Positions 20,258 through 29,179 of a stretch of 64,000 nucleotides of DNA are shown in pieces; the first letter of the stretch is position 1; the number at the start of each line of letters is the position of its first letter. Source of the stretch: Dehalococcoidia bacterium (GTDB taxonomy: Bacteria; Chloroflexota; Dehalococcoidia; Plut-88900); assembly GCA_965207225.1 (NCBI GenBank), contig CBDBLV010000005.1, forward strand, positions 1,920,001 through 1,984,000, given 5' to 3'. The translations under genes and the position numbers were made by a program. Under the pieces are notes generated by a model that was not told where the DNA came from, ran no database searches, and was given only the letters and a program-made list of their open reading frames with translations.

Positions 20258-20673
20258 CTGAAATCTTCGTGGACACCGCATATCTCATAGCCCTAGCCAG
20301 GCGTCACGACCAATGGCACGACACGGCGCTCGCCGCTCGGAATAGACTTGGTGAAGTACCCTTGGTGACGACAGACGAGGTGCTCACTGAGTTCTTGACT
20401 GCGATGTCGAACGCCGGTCCGGGGTTGCGAGGGGACGCCGCGGGTACGGTCAGAGAGATCCTGGAGGCCGGCGCAATTAGAATTGTAGCTCAGACACGCC
20501 AGTCCTTCCTTGAAGGGCTCGACAGATACGAGAAGCGTCTCGATAAAGACTATAGCCTTCAGGACTGCATCTCTATGAATGTGATGGAGGCAGAGGGAAT
20601 TACCGAGATTCTCACCAGCGACCACAACTTCGAGCAGGAAGGCTTTACCATCCTGATGAAGCAGGACAGGTAG
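20254..20673 (+). CDS. vapC: PIN-domain (VapC-like) toxin
   Basis: FVDTAYLIAL...EVLTE...SLQDCIS...LTSDHNFEQEGF. Confidence 0.9.
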   Translation: MTEIFVDTAYLIALARRHDQWHDTALAARNRLGEVPLVTTDEVLTEFLTAMSNAGPGLRGDAAGTVREILEAGAIRIVAQTRQSFLEGLDRYEKRLDKDYSLQDCISMNVMEAEGITEILTSDHNFEQEGFTILMKQDR

Positions 20674-20681
20674 GGGCCGCG

Positions 20682-23486
20682 ATGGAACAGTCAACGATAG
20701 ACCGGCTCATCATCAACAAGCCGTATGAGGAGCCGAAGGAGTACTGGAACTACAATCGGGAGACACGTAAGTTCTGTCGGAAACCTGGCCGCCGTCCTGC
20801 GGGCTACCTGATAGCGTCTGGGGACTCCAAGACTTTCGACGATCCAGGTGTCTTCGTCGAAATCCCTCTGGTCAACCAGATACGGCCGCGGGTAAAGGAT
20901 TGGAGTGACGCCGGGTATCCTGGCGTCACCGCCATCACCAAGCGCCTGTTGGAGCACTGGACAGACCCGGAAGAATTCGAGAGCCGTCGATTCTTCTTCT
21001 GTCAGATCGAAGCTGCCGAGACGCTCATCTGGCTCGCCGAAGCCCCAGACAGCGAGAAGGTAGGCATCGACATCCCTGGCGACGGTGGAGAGTTCTGGCG
21101 CCTATGCGCCAAGATGGCCACCGGGACGGGCAAGACCGTTGTAATGGCGATGCTCATTGCTTGGCACATCTTGAACAAGGTCTCATATCCCCAGGACACC
21201 CGGTTCGCCAAGAACGTGCTGGTGGTTGCCCCTGGACTCACCATCAGGAGCCGTCTTGCGGTCCTGGAACCATCCCACGAGGACAACTACTACGAGGCTT
21301 TCCGTGTTGTACCTTCATCCCTACTGGACCGGCTCCGCCAAGGGAAGGTCATTGTCCGAAACTGGCACGCCCTCAACTGGGAGACCGAGGATCAGATTAG
21401 GAGAAAGCGGAGCGTGGACAAGCGCGGGGCAAAGAGTGACGAAGCCTACGTTCGCGATGTGCTGGGCGACATGGCCGGAGCACGAAACCTGCTAGTCATC
21501 AACGATGAGGCGCACCATGCCTGGAGAGTGCCCGCCGAGTCCAAGGTGAAGGGCGTTGCCAAGGCGGACATCGAGGAGGCGACCAAGTGGGTTGGCGGCC
21601 TGGACCGGATTCATCGAGCGCGGGGCATCCTCACTTGCTTTGACTTCTCGGCCACACCCTTTGCTCCTTCCGGCAAGAGGAGTTCCGAAGAAGCGCTGTT
21701 CGACTGGATAGTAAGTGACTTTGGACTGAACGACGCCATCGAGTCCGGGTTGGTCAAGACGCCGAGGGTCGTGATTCGGGACGACACACCGGTTGATGCC
21801 AAGACCTACAGGTCGCGCCTCTACCACATCTACAACGACCCGGAGGTGAAGGACGATCTGAATCGCCGTGCCCAGCCCCACGAACCGTTGCCCGACTTAG
21901 TGACCAATGGATACTATCTGCTTGGCTATGACTGGAGAGAGGCCGCCAGAGAGTGGCAAGAAGCCAAGCTCAAGACACCACCGGTAATGATCACCGTCGC
22001 CAACCGCACTGAGACCGCAGCCAGAGTCAAACACGCCTTTGACCGCAAGCGAGTCCTTATAGACGAGCTCTGTGACCCGGACCGTACGTTGCACATCGAC
22101 TCCGGCGTTCTGAAGAGAGCCGAAGAGTCCGAGGAACCGATAGCCGAGATCATGCCGGACGATGAGGATGAATCTGACAACGGTGCTGTCAGTCCCAAGC
22201 TCACTAGAGACCAGATGGCCGAGCAGTTGCGAAAGATGGTGGACACCGTGGGACGGCCCGGGCAGCCCGGTGAGCGGGTACAGAACGTCATTTCAGTGGG
22301 AATGCTCTCCGAGGGCTGGGACGCCAAGACCGTGACACACATCATGGGTCTGAGGGCCTTCACCAGCCAACTGTTGTGCGAGCAGGTGGTCGGGCGAGGT
22401 CTCAGGCGCACGTCTTACGATGTGAATCCAGAGACAGAGATGTTTGACCCTGAGTACGTCAACATTTTCGGTGTGCCGTTCACCTTCCTTCCCCACGAAG
22501 GGGGCGAGAGTGGGCCTCCGAAGCCTCCCTCACCCAAGACGGCTATTGAGCCAGTACCGGAAAAGGCCCCGTTCGAGATCAAGTGGCCCAACATCATCCG
22601 CATTGAGCATGTCTATCGCCCCAGACTGACCTTGGATTGGAATCAGGTAGAACGTTTGGAGCTCAATGCCAGTGAAACGGCGCAAGTGGCCGAGCTTGCC
22701 CCGGTAGTGGATGGCAAGCCCGACGTGTCCAAGCTGACCAGCATCGACCTAGAGGCGTTGGCCCACGAGTACCGGACTCAGAAGATAATTTTCGAGACCG
22801 CACGGGACGTGTTTGACCTGATGAAGCCGTCCTGGGCAGGGAGCCGTGAGTCGCTCATCGCCCAGTTGGTGAAGCTGGTAGAGCAGTTCCTTCTATCGGG
22901 CAGCCTGGGTATTACTCCTCCCCTCTTCTATCAGGACGACATGCGCCGTCGCCTTATGATCACATTAAACATGACGAAGGTGGTGCAGCACGTATGGGAT
23001 GCTGTCCGCGTCGAGAACACGGAACGACTTGAGCCGGTGTTCGACCGCGACCACCCAATACGCTCTACTGCGAACATGGCAACCTGGTACACAGGCAAGC
23101 CGTGCAACCTAACGGACCGCAGCCATATCAACATGTGCGTCTACGACAGCACTTGGGAAGCCTCGGAAGCTTTTGAGTTGGATTACAACCGTCTAGTGAA
23201 TGCCTGGGTCAAGAACGACCACCTGGGCTTCGAGGTGCTCTACGTCTACCGTGGTGTGGTGCGGAAGTACCGACCGGATTTCATCATTCGCCTGAGATCA
23301 GGAAACACGCTGATCCTGGAGACCAAGGGGCAACCAGATGAGCAAAGCTACTCAAAGCACCGCGCTCTGGAGCAATGGATTGAGGCCGTCAACCAGCACG
23401 GCGGATTCGGCCGCTGGTCAGCAGATGTTTCTTATAGCCCAGGGGACATCAAGGACATCTTGGCGAAGCACGGTGCTGTCGAATGA
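20682..23486 (+). CDS. res: Type III restriction endonuclease/helicase subunit
   Basis: MATGTGKT, DEAHH, SAT, EGWD, QVVGRGLR; C-terminal PDF...LETKG nuclease motif. Confidence 0.92.
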   Translation: MEQSTIDRLIINKPYEEPKEYWNYNRETRKFCRKPGRRPAGYLIASGDSKTFDDPGVFVEIPLVNQIRPRVKDWSDAGYPGVTAITKRLLEHWTDPEEFESRRFFFCQIEAAETLIWLAEAPDSEKVGIDIPGDGGEFWRLCAKMATGTGKTVVMAMLIAWHILNKVSYPQDTRFAKNVLVVAPGLTIRSRLAVLEPSHEDNYYEAFRVVPSSLLDRLRQGKVIVRNWHALNWETEDQIRRKRSVDKRGAKSDEAYVRDVLGDMAGARNLLVINDEAHHAWRVPAESKVKGVAKADIEEATKWVGGLDRIHRARGILTCFDFSATPFAPSGKRSSEEALFDWIVSDFGLNDAIESGLVKTPRVVIRDDTPVDAKTYRSRLYHIYNDPEVKDDLNRRAQPHEPLPDLVTNGYYLLGYDWREAAREWQEAKLKTPPVMITVANRTETAARVKHAFDRKRVLIDELCDPDRTLHIDSGVLKRAEESEEPIAEIMPDDEDESDNGAVSPKLTRDQMAEQLRKMVDTVGRPGQPGERVQNVISVGMLSEGWDAKTVTHIMGLRAFTSQLLCEQVVGRGLRRTSYDVNPETEMFDPEYVNIFGVPFTFLPHEGGESGPPKPPSPKTAIEPVPEKAPFEIKWPNIIRIEHVYRPRLTLDWNQVERLELNASETAQVAELAPVVDGKPDVSKLTSIDLEALAHEYRTQKIIFETARDVFDLMKPSWAGSRESLIAQLVKLVEQFLLSGSLGITPPLFYQDDMRRRLMITLNMTKVVQHVWDAVRVENTERLEPVFDRDHPIRSTANMATWYTGKPCNLTDRSHINMCVYDSTWEASEAFELDYNRLVNAWVKNDHLGFEVLYVYRGVVRKYRPDFIIRLRSGNTLILETKGQPDEQSYSKHRALEQWIEAVNQHGGFGRWSADVSYSPGDIKDILAKHGAVE

Positions 23487-24181
23487 TCTGGGCACCCAAT
23501 GTGGAGAATGCATCAGAAGTCGTTAAGGCAGCGTTGGCCGATATTGAGGCCGACGAAAGGCAACTGATCGCCAGTTCAGGTGAGATGTTCAAAGCCGACG
23601 GTGGTGCAGTTTATGGATTTGACCTCTTAGCGAATGCTGCCATAAATCGCGCCTTGGCCCTGTCTTCAGGCTTCAGGACATTGATCCTTGAACGGAATCT
23701 CGTTTGTGCAGGATCCCTAGTCCGGCTGCAACTGGATACCTCGCTCCGCCTATACGCCGGCTTCATTGTAGAGAAGCCACATGATTTCGCTATCAAAGTA
23801 TTCGCGGGTAAGAACATCAGAAGGTTGAAAGACAAAGATGGCAACTCCATGACTGATCGGTACCTGGTTGAGAAACTGGCGAAGCAATATCCTTGGATCG
23901 AATCAGTTTACGAACGGGCGTCAGACTACGTGCACCTGTCTGGTACCCATATCCTAAGTTCCGTGGAACTCATCGACAAACAGTCAGATGTTATAGGCTT
24001 GAAGGCTAGCTTCCTCGACAAGCCACTTTCAGACGACATCTATATTGATGCCATAAATGCATTCAGGCAATGCACACGCATCGTTGCTGACCATATTGAA
24101 GGTTGGATATGGACCAAGAATAATCCGGAAAAGATTGCCTCATTAACGGAGATGCGAGAACGGGAAAGTCATGGCATCTAG
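23483..24181 (+). CDS. Hypothetical helical protein, possibly HEPN-like
   Basis: Translationally coupled to res; YERASDYVH resembles the Rx4-6H HEPN motif. Confidence 0.5.
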   Translation: MIWAPNVENASEVVKAALADIEADERQLIASSGEMFKADGGAVYGFDLLANAAINRALALSSGFRTLILERNLVCAGSLVRLQLDTSLRLYAGFIVEKPHDFAIKVFAGKNIRRLKDKDGNSMTDRYLVEKLAKQYPWIESVYERASDYVHLSGTHILSSVELIDKQSDVIGLKASFLDKPLSDDIYIDAINAFRQCTRIVADHIEGWIWTKNNPEKIASLTEMRERESHGI

Positions 24182-24360
24182 TTGGAGGCTCAACTTCTTC
24201 GCAATGGTTCTTGAACCGAGGTCGCATCCCTGCATACGTATGCATCCCCAACTCAACCATCGACGCTCGGCTCACAGGTTGCAAGGCCGGATGAATGCCT
24301 AGTTCTGTATGACTTCGCCGTCTGCTTAGGGGATGACTAGATTGGGACTTCCCATCGAAA

Positions 24361-24412
24361 AGTTCGCAGTTTAGTAGGCTTTGGCCCACCAGACTTGATA
24401 AAATCAAGAACC
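24361..24412 (+). other. att junction 2 (E1|E2), central CC at 24386-24387
   Basis: agttcgcagtttagtaggctttggc CC accagacttgataaaatcaagaacc. Confidence 0.85.
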
Positions 24413-24470
24413 TTCGCAATTTCCTTCAAGCTGGAGGTATAGTCGAGGCCCAGGAGTTGGAGGTGGTCAG

Positions 24471-27044
24471 GTGAGATGTATCGTCCTCATTGGACTGCTA
24501 GCCATTCTTCTGTTCCTCGTGGCAGGTTGTGGCGATCGCTACTCTACCCCCTCGCCCAGCGCTACTCAAGAGCCAACGAACACCAGCACCTCGACGCCTG
24601 CCATCGGCGGCGCCAACGCGTCCCAGTCACTCAGCGACGATATAGAGTTGGCTGGAGAGACCACATGGACCCTCGAATCGTTAGACGGTCAACCAGTCCT
24701 AGAAACGTCTGTAATAACGCTGAGGATTGGTGACAACTGGATTGACGGTATTGACGGATGCAACTCCTACGGCGGGCGATCCGAGGAGCGTACGCCTGTC
24801 GCCGGTGCAGAGGGGGTGTTCTCAATACCACCCTTCGGAGTCACTGAGATGTTGTGCCCCGAGCCCGAGGGTGTCATGGATCAGGCCGATGCATATATGG
24901 AAGCCCTCGTGCAGGGGGAGAGGTTCCGCATCACTGATGACCGGCTGGAGATCCTCGACGGCGGCGGAGCGAGAAGACTGATTTTCGTCAGGCGGGCGCC
25001 GCTGCCCGGGAGTCCCATTGACCTGAAAGGCACTGCTTGGCGGCTCCTCATCGAGGGTGATGCGATGGATGGCGTTCGCGTACCGACCCTGAGCTTCTTG
25101 GATGATCGGTTGGTCACCGGAGCGACTGCCTGTCGCAGCTACGTTGCGACGGGCCAAGCGTCCGAAGGTGCTCTGAGGTTTCCAGGGAAGAGAATGTTAG
25201 GGTCCTCGCAATCATGGCAGTCGTGCGTAGAGCAAGAGCGGACTCTGGAGGGCGAGTTCACCGACTTTCTGACGTGGGCGAGGGAGTATTCGGTTGATGA
25301 GGAGGGAGGAGCAAGTCGCCTCAGAATCTGGAGCATCAGGGGCAAGACCCTGACCTTTGAGCCGCTGCCACAGGCCGAGGACATCTCCGACACGGATTGG
25401 TCCCTTACGGCGTTCGTCGAACTCATGCTCGACTCCGGGATGTGGCACCACCGGACTGCCGAGGTGATCCAGGGAACCAAGATTACGATAGATTTCGACG
25501 ACCACAGCATCAGCGGGTTCACGGGGTGCAACTCTTACAGGGGTCCGGCAATGTTCGAAAGCGGATCGGTCACGGTGGATCGACAGTCCTTCTACTCTAC
25601 GACGAAGCTATGCGAAGTGCCGGAGGGCCTGACAGAGCAGGAGAAGCGCTACCTCTCTCTAGTACAGCGGGCCACACGGTATGGCATCTCTGGCGACAGT
25701 CTGTTCATGCAGACGGATGACGACGTGCTCCTGTTGTTCCAGGCCGAGGAGATGGCGGAAACGCCTGTTCCGGCTGCGGCTCCAGAGGCCACACCAACCG
25801 CGATCCCGACTCCAGCGTCGGAGCCAAGCCCAGGGACCTTGTCGGCCAGAGACGTCCTAGACTCAATGACCGCTGCCATGTCGGCATTGGACTCCGGGTA
25901 TATCGAGATAGAGGTGACGACGAAGCTGTCGGCTGGGGACGGGTCGCAGCAGACCGTAACGATGGAGATAGTAGGTGACTTCCAAGCCCCTGATCGAAGC
26001 CGGGTCAACATGAGCATCGACACCGACGACGACAGCGCGGAGTTTGAGATAATCACCATTGAGGACAAGACGTACCTGAAGCTGCCCGATTTCGACAGGT
26101 GGGCTATCAGCACCGGTTCCATCACTCCGTACGGCGATCTGTTCTCATTCGGCGCGTTCAGCACGGACTTCGACGCCGGGGTAGTCGCGTCCTTCAACTC
26201 GCCGATACGGGAGGTTTTTGTGGGTGAGAGTGTCCACTACGTGAGGGGGCCGGTATCGGGGTATGCCCTGGCCGACCTGCTTGGCATGGTCGAAGATACC
26301 GATGGCGAAGACGTGGCCGAATTTGGCGAGGGCGTGGTCGAATTCCGGATTGGAGTCGATGACTTCCTGGTCCGGAAGATGGTGATCGAGGCCGAACTGC
26401 CAGACGAGGAAGGCACGCTAAGTATGCAGGTCAACATGACGCTGTCCGATTTCGGCAAGCCTGTTGATATCCAGGTGCCCGATCCAGAGACGGGTGCCGA
26501 CCAGCCGGGCGATCAGACTGGGGCAACCACGGAGGTTCTGGAGAACGGCTGGATCAGAGTTGACTTGGCCCAGCAGGGTTTCGGGTTCGCCATTTCGGTC
26601 CCGCCATTGTGGGAGTTGGACACGACGAAGGATGAGTGGGGCAACCTGCGAAGCGGCCTCTGGCTCCAAGGCAAGGACACGTCGGGGCCGGACTCCGAGG
26701 GTCTCCGTTTGCATTTCGTACTACAGATCGACTTGTTGTTCTCTGCGTACGCCGACTTGGAGGAGTACACGGATATCTACATAGCAAACACCGCCTTCTT
26801 CGCGGACATTGATGAGCTGGACATCGAGAGCGAGAAGGTCAGCTTGCCAGCAGGAGACGCTTTCGTTCAGAGCTTCTCAAACATCTCACCGACACGCGGC
26901 ATCCGGCTATCGCACGCTCAATACATCCTGGCGTATGGCGAAGACGCCTTCATCATCACCTTCACTTCGCCGTCGGAAATCTTCGATGAAGTGAGGCAGG
27001 TCCTTGAGCAGATCGCCGAGACGATAGAGTTATACGACCCATAA
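24471..27044 (+). CDS. Lipoprotein with three META-like domains and an LppX/LprAFG-like domain
   Basis: Lipobox VAGC; three repeats of W.L...G..GCNSY.G...T...C; C-terminal 'LSDFGKPVDIQVP'. Confidence 0.75.
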   Translation: MRCIVLIGLLAILLFLVAGCGDRYSTPSPSATQEPTNTSTSTPAIGGANASQSLSDDIELAGETTWTLESLDGQPVLETSVITLRIGDNWIDGIDGCNSYGGRSEERTPVAGAEGVFSIPPFGVTEMLCPEPEGVMDQADAYMEALVQGERFRITDDRLEILDGGGARRLIFVRRAPLPGSPIDLKGTAWRLLIEGDAMDGVRVPTLSFLDDRLVTGATACRSYVATGQASEGALRFPGKRMLGSSQSWQSCVEQERTLEGEFTDFLTWAREYSVDEEGGASRLRIWSIRGKTLTFEPLPQAEDISDTDWSLTAFVELMLDSGMWHHRTAEVIQGTKITIDFDDHSISGFTGCNSYRGPAMFESGSVTVDRQSFYSTTKLCEVPEGLTEQEKRYLSLVQRATRYGISGDSLFMQTDDDVLLLFQAEEMAETPVPAAAPEATPTAIPTPASEPSPGTLSARDVLDSMTAAMSALDSGYIEIEVTTKLSAGDGSQQTVTMEIVGDFQAPDRSRVNMSIDTDDDSAEFEIITIEDKTYLKLPDFDRWAISTGSITPYGDLFSFGAFSTDFDAGVVASFNSPIREVFVGESVHYVRGPVSGYALADLLGMVEDTDGEDVAEFGEGVVEFRIGVDDFLVRKMVIEAELPDEEGTLSMQVNMTLSDFGKPVDIQVPDPETGADQPGDQTGATTEVLENGWIRVDLAQQGFGFAISVPPLWELDTTKDEWGNLRSGLWLQGKDTSGPDSEGLRLHFVLQIDLLFSAYADLEEYTDIYIANTAFFADIDELDIESEKVSLPAGDAFVQSFSNISPTRGIRLSHAQYILAYGEDAFIITFTSPSEIFDEVRQVLEQIAETIELYDP

Positions 27045-27045
27045 A

Positions 27046-28323
27046 GTGAGCTACCGCCTAAAACCTTCACAATTTTCTTCAAGCTGGAGGTGTAGCCGCA
27101 GCACCTATAGAGCCCAGTGGAGGCTGAGAGTGACCGTCGGTGCCCATCTTCGTCAGCAGCGCTTTCGTAGCAGGGGCTGGCATACTGTATTCGCGACTGT
27201 GCTCCTAGCTGTCCTGGTACCCGTTGTCCTGGTGGCGTGTACAGATGAATCACTACCGCCGCGAACTCAGCCTCCGGAAGCCAGTCCCACTGCGACGACG
27301 AAGGAGACCGGGGTCTTGGTGCTGCTACCCGGCGAGGGCCCGAGTCCGACCGACATTGCGTGTCTGATGCAGGAGTTGGAGGGTACATCCTCCGGTGAAC
27401 GCATCGTCGCTGTCTTATCGGCCACCGACGCCTCTGGGAAGAGGCTAACGATGGAGGAGAGTGAAGCCCTAGCTCGGGCAGCGGAAGGCTGTGGCATCGA
27501 AATAGAGTTTGTCCTTACGAGACCGGAATCGACTGCTGCGCCATCCACTACGCCGACTCCCACGGCCATTCCTGCACCCGTACCCACAGTCACGCCCAAG
27601 AGCGCCCGCGATTTGCCGACGCTCACGCCCTTCCCTCAGACCACTAGCTCGGATGAATGGCGTGGCCTTGTGGTCGCCCCGGAGGACCGCTGCTCCCCGT
27701 ACGACTCCGACGACTACCCTTATTCGCAGTCCGTCGAGCGTCGTATCGTCGCCAGCATGGGCGGCATCATCTACGGCCCCTATACGGGAATGTGGTTCGA
27801 TAGCACATCCGAGACTGACATTGAGCACATCGTCGCTCGCTCCGAGGCCCACGACAGCGGCCTCTGCGCTGCGAACGCCGCAACGAGACGACAGTTTGCC
27901 GCCGACCCTATCAACCTCACCCTGGCAAGCCCCTCGGTCAATCGCCACCAGAAGAGCGCCAAGGACGCCGCCGAATGGGTACCCGATCTGAATCAGTGCT
28001 GGTTCGCTGATCGCGTCGTCGAGGTTCGGAAGAGGTATGGCCTGACCATCGACGAACGCGAACGCGACGCACTGGAGAACATCTTGTCGGATTGCACGTC
28101 CGCGGAAATGATTGTGCGAGAAGCTCCCTTGGCCCCTACGCCGACTGCCGTTGCGCAAGGAAACGAAGCAGCCAACAACGCCCTTGAGATGTATGACGAC
28201 AACGGGAACGGTCACATCACCTGCGCAGAGGCGCGCAACCACGGCATTGCTCCTGTGCGCCGTGGACATCCCGCATATGAGTACATGAACGACGCCGACA
28301 ACGACGGCGTGGTCTGCGAGTGA
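27046..28323 (+). CDS. Secreted lipoprotein with DUF1524-like HNH nuclease and Excalibur Ca-binding domain (true start probably downstream)
   Basis: Lipobox LVAC; DIEHIV...NLTLASPSVNRHQKSAKDAAEW; C-terminal CAEAR...DADNDGVVCE. Confidence 0.75.
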   Translation: MSYRLKPSQFSSSWRCSRSTYRAQWRLRVTVGAHLRQQRFRSRGWHTVFATVLLAVLVPVVLVACTDESLPPRTQPPEASPTATTKETGVLVLLPGEGPSPTDIACLMQELEGTSSGERIVAVLSATDASGKRLTMEESEALARAAEGCGIEIEFVLTRPESTAAPSTTPTPTAIPAPVPTVTPKSARDLPTLTPFPQTTSSDEWRGLVVAPEDRCSPYDSDDYPYSQSVERRIVASMGGIIYGPYTGMWFDSTSETDIEHIVARSEAHDSGLCAANAATRRQFAADPINLTLASPSVNRHQKSAKDAAEWVPDLNQCWFADRVVEVRKRYGLTIDERERDALENILSDCTSAEMIVREAPLAPTPTAVAQGNEAANNALEMYDDNGNGHITCAEARNHGIAPVRRGHPAYEYMNDADNDGVVCE

Positions 28324-28424
28324 TGAGGCGGCTCCCGGTCCGATAGCAGCGAAGCTCAGAGGCGCGAGAGAGCGCCCGCGGACGACCTGAGCGAGACCCC
28401 CAAGTATTGACTTAGGACGGCTTA

Positions 28425-28445
28425 GTGTGTAACCATGCTACACAC
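28425..28445. promoter_or_regulatory. Operator palindrome of the TA operon
   Basis: gtgtgta-accatgc-tacacac, downstream of a TTGACT -35 box. Confidence 0.55.
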
Positions 28446-28470
28446 CCACTTTGGTCAATAGGAGGGCGAT

Positions 28471-28746
28471 ATGGCCAGGGTTCAATTGGTGATGCCGGAC
28501 GCCGACCGAGACCGTTTCGTCGATCAGGCGCGGCGCGAGGGAATGTCACTCAGTGCATGGATGCGGGCAGCCGCACGAGAACGCCTCGAAACACGCCAGC
28601 AGGTCAAGCTGTTCGAATCTCCTGAAGACGTTAGGGAGTTCTTCCGGTCCCGCGCAGCGCTGGACGGTCCGGAGACAGAGCCGGACTGGAGCGAACACCT
28701 GCGAGTGATGAACGAGTCGCGGGCGGCAGGGGTCACCGGCACATGA
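28471..28746 (+). CDS. RHH/CopG-like antitoxin
   Basis: ARREGMSLSAWMRAAA; coupled to the PIN gene. Confidence 0.8.
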   Translation: MARVQLVMPDADRDRFVDQARREGMSLSAWMRAAARERLETRQQVKLFESPEDVREFFRSRAALDGPETEPDWSEHLRVMNESRAAGVTGT

Positions 28747-29138
28747 TCTTCGTAGACACGAACGTCTTCATGTACGCAGTGGGACAGCCCCACGCACTCC
28801 AGACGCCCGCCCAGGACTTCTTCGTCGAAGCCAACCTGAGCGGCACGCCGCTGTGCACGTCAGCGGAGGTGATGCAGGAACTAGCCCATGTTTATCTGCC
28901 CACGGGAAGGCTGCAATCCTTTGATGCGACGCTGGAACTGATGGCGAGCGCGGCCGTTGAAGTTTGGCCGCTGGAAGAGGATGACGTAGCTCTGGCCCGC
29001 CAACTACACGAGCAGCACCCCACCTTACAGGCCCGGGATCTCTGCCATCTAGCAAGTTGCCGACGGCGCGGCGTCAGGGACATCAAGACCTTTGACCAAA
29101 CATTCGCCGCTGTATTGGGCCATCCCTCAATCCAATAG
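28743..29138 (+). CDS. vapC: PIN-domain (VapC-like) toxin
   Basis: MIFVDTNVFMYA...EVMQE...ARDLCH...TFD. Confidence 0.9.
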   Translation: MIFVDTNVFMYAVGQPHALQTPAQDFFVEANLSGTPLCTSAEVMQELAHVYLPTGRLQSFDATLELMASAAVEVWPLEEDDVALARQLHEQHPTLQARDLCHLASCRRRGVRDIKTFDQTFAAVLGHPSIQ

Positions 29139-29179
29139 AGGCCGAGCAGCTGGGTAGGCCGCAGGCTGGTTGATTCAAC

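Larger units (their letters stand above)
5896..24387. mobile_element. Integrative element E1 (serine recombinase + Replic_Relax-like gene + defence cargo)
   Basis: Bounded by att junctions 1 and 2. Joining the ends gives a site with a perfect 10-bp terminal inverted repeat, AGTTCGCAGT...ACTGCGAACT. Confidence 0.85.

Noticed and set aside
24361-24412. Integron attC interpretation of the GTT...AAC-bounded sites
   Set aside because: No tyrosine integrase (IntI); the geometry is 25-2-25 inside serine recombinase genes and the units are 11-18 kb.
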